A DNA stretch of 64,000 nucleotides from Marsupella aquatica (Eukaryota; Plantae; Marchantiophyta), in assembly GCA_973895155.1 (NCBI GenBank), contig OZ316896.1, positions 3,510,738-3,574,737 on the forward strand. The letters are read 5' to 3'. How positions within the stretch are numbered: the first letter of the stretch is position 1; every line of letters starts with the position of its first letter. The position numbers and the translations under genes were made by a program. This document shows positions 26,977-39,243 of the stretch, one piece after another. The notes below the pieces were generated by a model. That model made no database searches. It was not told where the DNA came from and saw only the letters and a list, made by a program, of their open reading frames with translations.

Positions 26977-27597
26977 TCCAGATTTTCAATTGAAGTGGCT
27001 GTGTTTCAGTCAATGGTCCATTCTGACTTCGCTTCCCAATGATCTCTGCAAACCAAATGAAGGGTCCACTCTGACTTTGCTTCCGGATGATCCTTGCAAA
27101 CTAAATTGATGGAGGCCGAATTAAGTCACCAGATAGGACCACGTATGGGACAGTCACTACTTCTCGCGTCAACTCCATACAACAACACTTGCGCATGAAG
27201 GAGCTCAAGGGCGGAGTGCAGTTAAACAAGTAAGTGCATCACCAGTGGTTTAAGGCACAATGTACTCTGAAGTCAAAATATAGCGTAATTGTAACGTGCG
27301 AGCAAACAGTAAAATTTTTATTCGCACGAGCAAAAAAAATTCTTGCATGACCCCTATTTTTCTACATGCAACTGCCTTGCTATCAACTACTTGGTTGGTA
27401 ACATCCCTTTTGGGGACTCCCTTTTTGCTAGCGAGCTCGCTCGCCATCTGCAGCCTTTAAAAAAACACAAAAAAGTAAAAGGCACCAAAAAGTAACTGAA
27501 ATTTGGAACCATTATTGTCTCGCTATCAAAATCTCCTTGCTATCAAAATCTCCTGTTTGCTCGCAACATAGAATACCTCCAAAATATAGCCCAAGGC

Positions 27598-27750
27598 TAG
27601 AAATTAGACAAGCCAGCACATCATACACCTAGAAATTAGAAAAGCCCTCATATTGAATTCACTGTCCTAGAAATTAGAAAAGCTCTCATATTGAATTCAA
27701 TGTCCACTGGTAGAAATTAGAAAAACTCTCATATTGAATTCAATGTCCAC
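27598..27750. repeat. Tandem TAGAAATTAGAAAAGCCCTCATATTGAATTCA repeats (3-4 copies)
   Basis: Units visible at ~27598 (partial), 27630, 27668 and 27711. Confidence 0.85.
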
Positions 27751-28937
27751 TGGTGCACAGCTTCTTCGGGTTGCGCACGCCCCCTAGTACTCGCACCCTC
27801 AAAACTGGGGGGCACCCTCACCCTCAACCCCCATGGAACCACTCCCCCACCCTCGATCACCCCCAGCTCATTACTCGGCTCATTACACCACCAAAAGCTA
27901 CAGTAGGGTGGCACTCGCCCCCTAGTATGCGCACCCCAAAAATTGGGGGGTACTCCCACCCCTAACCCCTCCAAAATGCGCACACAACAAGTTTCACCCC
28001 CAATATTCCCAAATCATAATATTCTTAAATAATACCAGACCTTAAAAACCCTCCAAAAAGATGTGTTGTCATATCTAACTTAAAGAGCCAAAAATAAATA
28101 AATAAATAATTGTCAATCATAGCCATGATCTTATGACATGTGGTGGAATCTTTGTCATAGATGGGAATAGAAGTCAGGATAGAGGGGTCTCTCCTGGCTG
28201 CCATTTCTGATGTACCAAATAAAGGTCAATGGTTGTCAAAATGAAAACTAGCTGCCATTTATTTAGGGATAGGGGCCACTGGTGGGAATCCATGCATCTC
28301 TCCAAATATCAACCCCTATATTTTAGTTTTAGAGGTTATAATTAGATGCTCTGACTAAAAGAGGCAAGTTTTGGGTCGAGTCTAAATAGAGATAGCAACA
28401 TCCTGGCCATTTCAATAAGAGGTTCTAATGGCCAGGATTAGACACTTTAATTAGCAACAGACCTACCGCATGAAGAGTCGACATAAAGAGTCACTATGAA
28501 TAGGATAATGTCCTGGTAAGAGGACATTGTGGGATATAATGCCTAGAAAAACAAGGGCAGTAGCCTGAGTTTTGAGGGCATTATGAAAGACATTATTTTC
28601 ATAATGCCCATAACTAGTACATTAATGTACGTAAAAACTTGAGTGACTTTTAGGTAACAAACAAGAAAAAGTGAATCTTTGAAATAGAAAATTCAAATTA
28701 AAGGGTCATCCAAGAAGTGGTTGTCATGGAATTGGCCAAAAATATAAGTTCTTTAGTTATATTAGATTCTATTCATAGATATTTTGTTAGTATCACAATA
28801 TAAAATTTGGTATGATCATCTTCAGATCTTGACTAATTTTTAATTTTTTTGGTATGGTAAAACCATATTTAATTTTTACTTTTACTATATTTATGGTGTT
28901 TTGTATAATCCACTCCTCAAAGAAAGGGGTGCATTAT

Positions 28938-29020
28938 GGAGAATTAATGCACTCAAATATACAAAGAGCAAAAGTCTTTAAGGAGAGTTAATGCACTCAA
29001 ATATACAAAGAGGAAAGTCA
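28938..29020. repeat. ~44-bp tandem duplication
   Basis: TTAATGCACTCAAATATACAAAGAG occurs twice. Confidence 0.85.
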
Positions 29021-31496
29021 AGAAAGTCTTTACGGTGGACCCTTTGACCATGCGTTAGATCTACGTTGCATTAAGACCTCCAAGATGTCGGGTGAGTTGT
29101 ATGCGTACTGCCCGCACCACTCCCGATGCTGCCTGCCCGCTGCACAGCCCCGACGACAGTTAATGTTTTGCCACCCGCCCCACATCCGTCGATGGAAACT
29201 TTCCATCGATTTCAAAATGGGGCGGGAATGGTGGTGCGGTACAACCCCGACGCCACATGTTTTGTTATTGTTGTACCTGTGGTTTGTAATCTACTTTTTG
29301 TGTACCATGCATTCTGCCCACATGCTTTGCATTCTCCTTGATGGTCTATGCTCTATTTGTGCATGCGATTATGTGCACAAATAAATGCATGTACCAAGAT
29401 TTAGGGCCTGATTTAGGGTAGTGGTGGAGTTTACTCAATAGTGGAGCGGTGAGCGGGTTTGCATGGGCTTGGGAAGGATTACGACCTGACGTTGTTCTCT
29501 TAGCTTGTTTTTTATTCTGGTGTGAGCTGTGAGCTAGCACACTTCTCACTTCTTGCACTTTGCTGTAAGGTTTCAATCTATCTATGAGACTTTTGCATCC
29601 TTTTAATCTGGCAGTGATTCCTTGGGGTGTAGGGGTTTACGCACCACTGTCTGCATTTGCATTGATTGATTTGGCGATGATCTCTCTCTTCTATGCAGCA
29701 TTCAAGTGTAATGCAATGTTTGTATATTTTGTTCACTCGTAGGTGGCCAAAATATGCAAACATGTCATTTCAATGTCATGCTTTGGCTCTTAGTGTTACG
29801 GTTAATGTTTTGCTCGCCCAATATAGCGATTCCAGTTGTCTGATCTTAGCATTCAACCGGATTGTCATTCAAGGAATGTCGCGTGTAGGATGCACCATGC
29901 AGCCTCGGAAGAAGAAGCCCCTCGTTCCACCAGAGGTAGAATGGAGAAAATTCCCGGAGGCAAAGATGAACCAACATTGGATGAAAGCCAAGAACCCAAG
30001 CCACAGAAGAACGGGTGGTACAGGATTTCTTTGCAAAGTGATGAGCACTGACTCTTGCCAACACTTTGTGAAGCCAAGCAAGCATTTTTGGATCATATGC
30101 GAGCAGTGCATCGAATGAATCCAAGAGAGTGTCCTATCGGCCGTCCCAAAACATCTGCATGACAAAGGTATGAATCTTTCAAAATCCACACTCAATTTAC
30201 CATTCACACACTATTGGTTAATGTTTTATTGTACTTTCTATTCCCCTAAGTGGAAACGTCACTCTAAGGAAGTACGGGCTGAAAATCCTACTTCTCTGGC
30301 GAGCCACTAATATATGAGATCAGATGGACTTTCATCACTTTGCAAATGATCAAACATCTGATCACTAGCTTTTGCAGCAGAGTACGTGGGTTGGATTATA
30401 CAAGTGTATTGGTTAATGTTTTGGATTACAACTATGAGTCTCCTATGTTTTGGTTTAGATTTTTGATTCAAACAGTTTTTCCATTGCTTGCTTGTAGGAA
30501 TCCACCTGGTACAGCTGCCGTGGCACACAGCCGAGAATCGACTCTGGGCTCCTACCCTGGGCGGGTCTGGAAGCTGAAGCGCCAGCAGATGACATGGTTG
30601 TTACATTGGGCTCACAACCACAAACAGGCTCATTTTGACCAAGGCAACAGAGCGCTACAATGATTGGAGGGCCTCACAAGACTTCACCAACATGTTGTCC
30701 TCGGTGAAACAAAATGTCCTTGCTTTTTGGCAGAATAATAGTCCCAACTTGGATGTAGAAGAGTTGCAAGCTAAGGTATGTTTTGACATTCATCACCCTA
30801 TTCATTAAAACTGGAATTTCTCTAGTCCAGAAGTTGACCTTCAAATTTCTTATTTTACCCCCAAAAGTTCTATAACTTGTTCCCCAAAAGCATATATTTT
30901 AGTGGCCAAATATACACTTTTTGAGGTCTAAAATTACAATTCTAATGCCCAAATTATTAATTAAATAATTCAGTTATCAATTATTAATACTTATTAATTA
31001 AAAGACAATAAAGTGTTCTTATTATATACAATATAAACAATGAAAAAATAGAATAAGACAATATAATAAATTCAAATGACCCGTGATAACCAAGTTACAC
31101 AAACAGGGAAGGTAAACCAATGATGTATTATAAAAGTAAAAAACCTATTTTTACAGGGTCGAGACCACGTCTGCCCCAATGCAGGCTCTAGATGGTTTTG
31201 ACCGGTTGTTGAATGTATATCAATTACTATGTAAAAATCTATGTCGAGATTATCTCGACCCAAATGTAGGGTCCACATAATTTTGACCCGTTGTTGAATC
31301 TTTATCTCTAGCTATTCCCTTTGTATAGGGTCGAGACCCAAATAACCTTTTTCTAATCTGAACATATCTACAAGTAAAAGAGGATCAACAGCATCTAGAC
31401 TCAAATGGATAGTACGCATAGCTTCACTTATTTTTGAGTAAGAATATGTATATCTACAACTCACATTGTAACTGTTCAGTGTAGGGTCGAGATAAT

Positions 31497-32554
31497 CTAG
31501 ACCCAAATCTCATGCTCCTCCACCCCGCAGAATTCATTTGAGCAAGTAAATCTAGACCCTGACGGGTCATATTTCATATCATGATTGCAGAAACCGAGAG
31601 GCTTCCTATTCCAAAACTTCATGGTGAGGGCCCTACACCTCAAGACTTCCGAAACAAATCCCCGATGATTGTCTCTATAGGGTCCTGTGTACTGATATCC
31701 AATTAACATCTTTGCAAGGTCGTTGATCGCCTCCTCCGTCAATTCCTCCATTGGTGGTAATTGTTGCACTTCATTCTTGACATCCCAAGGAATTTTGTCC
31801 GCTATGACATCCAAGACTGTATGGATAACCGAATGAACCCATACCATACTACCCCACCGCTCCGTCAACAACGCATAAATGGCAGCCTGTTGATCTCTGT
31901 CCGCTAAAACATTTATCATAGACCACTTTGGATGATTGATAAAAAGGTAGTGCTGAAGATTGAAGGCATGATACAATTTCTTGAGCATAGGCCATAGTAT
32001 TTCTGGAAAGAATGTATCATCCGTGGAGTGATGCAAAAATGAGGAAGGAAACAACCCACAATTCTCTGGATTCGCAAATGCCTTCATTGGAGTGTCATCA
32101 AGAAGGAGTGTATTAGTTTCGTCGTATAATCCACCATAACGCTTCCAAACCACCCTCAAATCCTTCAAATGAATATTTGCCTTTCCATTGGTAATGTCAG
32201 GCCTCTGGATTCCAGTATCGAATGTATCTTCTTGTGTGAGAATAAACTTGAATTGCTCTCGCTCTTCTTGACTGAAGATCAAATGAATCATTTCATCCGT
32301 CCTGGGTTTCCTTGCACAAGTCCAAATGGCAACATCAAATAACGAAAAAGCTGCGATTAAGAACTCGTGAAGATGGGGTCGCTCAACATACATAAAGTTA
32401 AACCCTCCATGTCTCCCCCAGTGGACACCCTTGACACTTGTTGCACTACGGCGCAGTTCGGAACTTGGCGTTTTGACAGAATCCCAACACATTTTGTTGA
32501 GGTCAAGAATCAATAGCTTCCGTCTGATCGGACCGTGAAGTGGAGGCAAGGGTC
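31497..32554 (-). CDS. FCP1/NIF-family HAD phosphatase-like exon (probably the last exon of the ParB-MTase gene)
   Basis: RKLLILDLN, ERPHLHEFL...FDVAIWTCA, KDLRVVW and NTLLLDDTPMKAFANPEN motifs; acceptor TTGCAG at 32555 joins in frame to donor AG|GTATGA at 32659. Confidence 0.85.
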
Positions 32555-33345
32555 CTGCAAAGAAGGAACACCAATGTTAGAATTGTGGGAGATAAAACAA
32601 AGGAATGCTCGAGACGATCTTGAGCATCACAAGTGAATGAACAACAGTCAACGTCATACCTATTGTTGGTTGAAGGTCAGTAGTTGAAGAAATCTCAGGA
32701 CATCTTTGGAGATTATTGTCGACGCACTCCACAACTGGTAAGGGCCCGCCTTATGTGAAGGTAGACATAATAATTTAGACGGCTGAATTTCAGGACTGTT
32801 CAAACTAACTTGGGTTTCAACCTCACGTGCTGAAAGACCCAAATTCATCTAGAAGGTTATCTCCTAGTTGGTTTTGGATGTCCAAATTTATCCCTCCGGG
32901 AAGGGTCTCAACAAGAGCTGGCTCAGACCAAACTGGCACTAATTTGAACTTATCCTTCCTATACTTTCTAGATCGAATAATCTTCTCAGACTGCTCTATA
33001 CTGACTTGTTGACCTTTTGACGGTCCATCAGTCCAAAACATAATGAGTAGCACTTGCTTTGAGTGATTTGTAACCAGTTCTACCAATTTCAGTCCCCGGT
33101 TTCCTAACAAAAGGGAGAATTACGGGGCTTCCAATAGAAGAATCTGTGAAAACAAGCTTATTCTCTGAAGCGCAAAACATTTGGTCCAAGGGAGAGGACG
33201 ATGCACCTGCCTCATCCTGAGGGGGAGTATGGCAGCCACTAGCTTTCTTAGTAGAGAAAATCTCATCCAGTTGAGGAGGGTTTGGAATTGGTTGGCTAAT
33301 TGCATCCTGCAAGGTGGATTCCCAACCAACATCCAAGGTTGAAGA

Positions 33346-34400
33346 CTATTGTTCACGTTGTGCATCCCCAAGGTCACCCGATGAAGGAACACCTGGAACG
33401 TCGAGATCATCTCGAGCATCATTTCCAAATTCAGGCAGTATTTCACCCTCCTCTTCCATGTAGCTTGTGATTTTTGGGCCCTCCATTTTGCGATGCTCTA
33501 AATTCTCCGCAAATACTTCCTCATAAACACTGGCTTCCACCGGAGCTATGTCTAAGGCCGCCTCTTCTATTACAACAAGGGAACCGACAATAATTTCCTC
33601 AGATGGTAACAGCTCCTTGGGTGGCACATATAAAACCTGCTTGTTGTCATGAAGGAGCTGAGCAAAGGCTTCTGTGAATTCCATCTCTTGAGCTGTGTCT
33701 GAATACACAAAACAATCCCGACCAAGAATGACACAAGCTTTCAATGTCTGTCCTCCAGAGAAGAAATCCAACACTGTATGACCTGGGCACAAGAAATAAT
33801 CAACAAGATGCTTTGTCATTCGCAAAGGCTTTGCTCTCGGATTTACAAAGCCACCACGACGACTGACCATCTCATAAGATGGGGCCATCTTCTCCAAAAC
33901 TTCGACATCAACAGTGGATTCATCGAGCTTATCTTTCCCCTTTGATTGGTCTTTGTTGTTCCCAGTAGGGGCCTTCAAAGGCAAGACTGTGAAGTCTCTG
34001 TCCCACTTCTCACTGTAGTTCCAGAACGCATAAAAGTCATCAAAGAAAATTTGGGACCAGTCTGGTTCCTCTTCACAACAAATTCCCCCAAAGATGATTG
34101 AGTCTTGGCTCCAATGAGAAAATCTCCCTCCTCCTTGGGCAGCTGATCACGGTAGTAGCTCCCGTACTCCAGCTTCGTGTGGACTTTCTTCTCACGATGA
34201 ATCTTCTCAAAGGCACTCTGAATCTGGCCTATCAATGGGCCTTGACGGACAAAAAAGATTACTAAGAGCTCCGTCGAGTTCGCCATCTGCAAACAATACT
34301 CCAGCAAGACAAAAAAAATGGCATCTGTCCACTACCGTTGTCAAAGACGACCAAAATCAACAATGGAGAGTGGGCACGTCCTTTGCACCGAGTCAACAAT
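33346..34400 (-). pseudogene. Beta-class N4/N6 DNA methyltransferase-like domain (degenerate)
   Basis: C-terminal NPRAKPLRMTKHLVDYFLCPGHTVLDFFSGGQTLKACVILGRD resembles the HPTQKP...PGD.VLDPFxGSGTT..A..LGR SAM-binding end of N6_N4_Mtase; upstream CPLSIVDFGR sits at the expected DPPY position; stops and a frameshift are present. Confidence 0.65.
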
Positions 34401-34568
34401 CTCAGGCTTCATTGTCCTCATCAAATTATCGCTAAAAAATGTGCGATAAGGAGTATCCTCCATTGAAGGCAACCCGCCAAATACCTTGCAATATATTTGC
34501 TCAAGCCTAACAATGAGACTTTGCGGAAATGGGTCTTTTGGCCTATTTCTTTTTAGGAGGTTGGAAAT

Positions 34569-37500
34569 TCAAACCTCTCCAGCAAGTTGTCTAAGTTTCG
34601 GCAACTCACCACGATCCATAAATGCAGGCAAAAATTGAGTTAGCTCAAACCAAGTGAGTGAATTGGCAAACCGATCCGGATACTTCAAAACAAAGTACTC
34701 CACAATTTTTGCCCTCAGCTTGGTCATGACTTTGAAAGTATGAGCCATATCACTCATTGATTGAACATCAAATTTGTTGGCTGGGTCTTTCTTCAATAAA
34801 ACCTTCTGTTGTTGAACAACAGTAAAAAGTTTCAGAATGTCATCACTACTCAGGTCTCCTTCACAACATCTAAACAATGCCGGCGTAATCATTTTTGTTG
34901 TCCGGGATTTCCCATTTATTTTTGAACCTAACTCCCCTAGACCATCCGGAAGAAGTCCCTTGACCCAATCGATGCACATTTGTCTCCAAGTTCGGAAAAG
35001 GTTCTCATTCAAAAACAACAACCAAAAAATATTCCTTAGATAGGATTTTCTAGTCGTTATTTTGGCAAGGGCCATATAATCCTGATCCAAACAGTACAAA
35101 GAAAATTTGAGGCTCAAGACGATCTCGAGGTAGAATTAAGGAACTATGGTAAAATTTATGGGAGAATACATTCATGAAGATAAATCAAATACAGAAACTT
35201 GACCACGAGGCTCGAGACAATCTCAAGCTAGAAGTGGATTTGAGGTCGAATATACCTGGAACTTTTGATGATCCGTTAGTCTATTGGACCCAATCACGGG
35301 TCTCTCCCGACGGCCACACTCATCAAACTGTCGACGGGCATGGACCATAGTATCAAGAAAATAGGACTCATACTCCATGGTCTTATTAACAGCATTTGCC
35401 CTTTGTGAGTGTTGAGCAAGTATTGTTCTTGGAGTTCTGTCCGAAAGAATTCGTGACTTTCGATATTGCAGACTCTTCGCAACCTCCTTCAACTTTGCAT
35501 CGCTCTTAGCCCAACCTATGATCCAAACAGCTGCCTTTGCCGAGTGTTGTCCACTGATTGCAAGGAACTGCACCTTCTTATTCTTAACACCCCACTCGAA
35601 CTCCTTTCGATCCTCAGCAGTATTCTCATAATGGAGCAACTGCAAACTCTCTCTTGAATATGGAATTAAATCTGCCATAGCTAGTACCATTCCAGGGTTT
35701 CTAACCATGGATTTTGCGACCTCCATGGCATGGTCTTTATTGAACATCCTATATACCAAAATTGCAGACGGCGAATCTATACTAGTGACAGGAATGTCAA
35801 AAGTTTCATTCATGCCAAATGTGTAATACTCCTCAATCTCCTTAAGAACTTTGGCTCCTTCCTTAATGCTCTTTTCTCCCGGAGCATCTCCTGGAGTGCC
35901 ATCATCATCGGTATGTGCATTCACACCCGAGGAAGATGCCGGAATGAGATCTACTTTGGGCGGCGCGGACTTTTTTTGAGGTGGAGCCTTCTTCGCTTTG
36001 CTTTTGGGTTTCTCAACCCTCTTCCTCTTTTGAGACACCTTTGCTTCCTTTTTGTCCAAACCGGACGTCTTGTCTCCCGCAGCTACAGATCTCAATTTAC
36101 CTGTTTGTCTTCGATGAGACAACACCCACTTTTTACAAGCATCCTCGTCAAATTCTCCGGCTCCAAACACAAAATCAGGGGATATGGATTCAAACTCCCC
36201 CAATTTGGATTCCGATATTAGTCTCAAAACCTTCCACGTGAAAGGAGTCGTGAATGCATCATCACGATCAAACCCATACTTTCAACAATAAAGGAATCCA
36301 AAAATTATGTCCGCTCCAGATATAGGAGTATCTTCTAGTAAATTACTTGTAGTAAAACCCTCGGGGAAGAACCCCATTGATATCACGCTCAGTTGTTTTC
36401 TGGCTGCACGTTCAATGTTAAGATCGCAAGAGTAGTTTTTGGCGTGAAGTCTAATTAGAGCTCACTTCCCTGTCTCGTAGTTTTCCACTGTCAAAACCAT
36501 GTCCTTACCGTTACTCGTCACAATAGAAACAACAGGCCCTAGAAGGCTGCACACTAGAGGATCGACTGATGGAGACCTTGTCTTCACACAAATAATTCCT
36601 TCCATGTCTTCAGTTTCAGCAAGCTCAATGGCCCAACAGAATCCAAATAAACCTTGTCCAGGGCAAGAAACCTCGATTGCATGTTCATCTTCGACTACCA
36701 AATTAGGCGATCCCAATTTCGCACCTGGGACAGCCAAAATGTAGCAATTGTCATAAACATGTACTACAAAACCAAGAAACAAATAGGTGGCTCGAGATGA
36801 TCTCGATCTTCCTTCTAAGTTTAATAGTCTGACATGTTCCAATGCCATTTCATCCGTGGAATTTAAAAAGAGATTTCAAACCCAAGAAATCTAAAAAGAT
36901 AACTCAATAGTTAGGAAACACAATAGGCTCGAGATGATCTCGAGCCACCATCTGTTTAAAAGATCTCGATCCTCATATATATCAGTTGAGGTTTTATTCC
37001 ATTGCATATCATGAACCAGTCAAATTTAACGAACAACATTTTCAAGAATGATCCAATGTCACCTATTCGACCACATTCAAAACCCTCTAACTCAGTGGTT
37101 TGTCATCTTCACAAACGAGTTGGAGGACTAAGAAAGTGGTCCAAAAGGCAAGCTTGGATCACAATGAAAAGGATATTAGTAATTGACGACATGGAGTCCT
37201 TCCAACTGGAAGAAATTGGCCAAGGGATACGAATGACCATAAAGGAAGATGGTGAGGGATATATTTGGCTCGAGACAATCTCGAGCCTAACATGTCAAAC
37301 GAGTGATCCGAATATCATATTCAATAATGAACATCATATTCAATCAATGATTAAAATCCACTTTCTCCATTGACTTCTGATACCCACAAACCCGTTCGGA
37401 TGTCAATGATCAGAACGAGTTGGAGGGTATAGAAGTCCTTGGAGGAAGGAAATTTTAGATATTGTTTCACTTTGGAAGGATAAGGGTTTCCAACTTGAAG

Positions 37501-37871
37501 AAATCTCACTAGGTCACATGCAAGAATTGCATATTGGCTTGAGACGATCTCGAGCCTCATGCCACTGTCTTACATCAAATGCAAAATCAATTGATAGATC
37601 ACAACTTTTGAAGCAAAGTATTGCAGAAAACATCAATAGGCTCGAGATGATCTCGAGCCTCAACTGCATCCAAGGAATCCAGAAACAAGTGGACCAATTG
37701 AAGCTCGAGACAATCTCGAGTTAAACCTGAACAGAACAAAGATGATGAATTACGTTTAATGGTGTGATGGATCTGATGCGCTGAGTCTAGATGGGTCTGA
37801 AGCTCTTCGCCAATGGTTGCAAGGTTGTACTCAGCAAAGTCCTCCTTGGAGAAATCTACAACAGCCGACAT
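34569..37871 (-). pseudogene. N-terminal exons including a ParB/Srx-like domain
   Basis: FDIPVTSID...YRMFNKDHAMEVAKSMVRNPG...FLAISGQHSAKA resembles the ParB-N/DGQHR motif; intron 35082-35255 joins FQ|DYMALAK in frame; further fragments extend to an ATG at 37871 (their membership in this gene is uncertain). Confidence 0.6.
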
Positions 37872-39243
37872 GGCTGGTGAAGAGAGGAACGTACTACGGG
37901 CTGAGAACTTAAAAACAAATCTTGAGCCTAAGCAGAATATCTTGACCCTATAGAAGCTCGAGCTTAAACACAAAATCTTGACCCTACAAAATATTGAGGA
38001 AAAAACCTAATCTCGACCCTATGCAATCTCGAGGCTAATACAAGGATCTCGAGGCAAGAGCGCAAAACAATCTAGAGGCAAGGAGGCAAGGGACGCGAGG
38101 AGGTGAAGAGGCGAGGAGGCGAATGTGAAAATGGGGAATTCAAAACCCCTGAAGCCACTATAAGCCCCTCGGGGGTCGGCCTTGGCCGTGCCAAGCGTGC
38201 CAAGGCTCGTGCAGGCTCAGGCAGGCTGCCACGCAACCTGTTGGGTGCGTACAATCATTATTACGGTCACACATGTTGTCATTATTGTTATCTGTACTTC
38301 AGCCCTGCCGTGAGTTTAGCCGTGACACAAGTTCAACGAAACCGTCTTATTGGCCTTTCTGTCTGTCAGGGTTTTATATATTGCTTGTCTTTGGTCTCCA
38401 GCGGGTCATTCTTCTCATTTCGTTTCATTGCTTGCTCGTTTCTCCCTCTGCCTCTCTCTCCCTCTCCCTCTCCCTCTCTTTGGCTCTAGATTTCTGCTCT
38501 GATCTCTTTCTGTTGTTCTTTTCAAGGGTTGTGGACTCTATGTTTGTGTTTAGGATATTTCGAGAAATTCTCATTTTAAGCCCTGAAGGAGGTCTAAACT
38601 AATTGAGCTCCTATCTTTTAGAAAACCAAACCTTTTCAGCTTATACTCTAGTGTCGGTCAAAATCCATTTGGAAGCCTGTTCCCTCTATTTGATGGCCTT
38701 TTAGAAGCTATTTCTCAGTGTCTGGAAGTAAACTAGGAGCGTACTTTCTTAATTGCACCAAATCATTCCTCTAGATCATCTAGAGCAATTTATATGTTCT
38801 TATTTTGGGTTTCTTATTATTCATAATAGTTTCTTTGTCAAATACAATGTCCTTTTTGGCTCAAGATCATCTCGAGTCATAAGTTTGATCCTCAAACTTA
38901 TTCACTTTTGCCTTCTTTCTAATGGTGCATTCGGTTTTCCTTCTTATAATTGAGTTTATAGAGAGTCGGAGGTATAGAATCTAAATTTGCTATTCAGTGA
39001 GATTTCATATTTTACCTCGAGATTGTCTCGAGCTAAATACTTCTGAATTTTTACATATTGGAGTTTTTGGTCCCTCTTCTACCTCGAGATTGTCTCAAGG
39101 TAGAAGAGTTTCTTATTTTCTCTATCACATAATTTTGTGGGATAAACTTCTACACTTGGGTTTTTTGGTTTGTTTTTGTAGTCACTTTACCTCGAGATCA
39201 TCTCGAGGTAACTACATCCAACTGTTTGGACCACGTTTTCAAA

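Noticed and set aside
33346-34400. Bacterial contamination or an active restriction-modification methylase
   Set aside because: Embedded in a spliced, TE-nested plant context; the catalytic DPPY/SPPY motif is absent and the frame is disrupted
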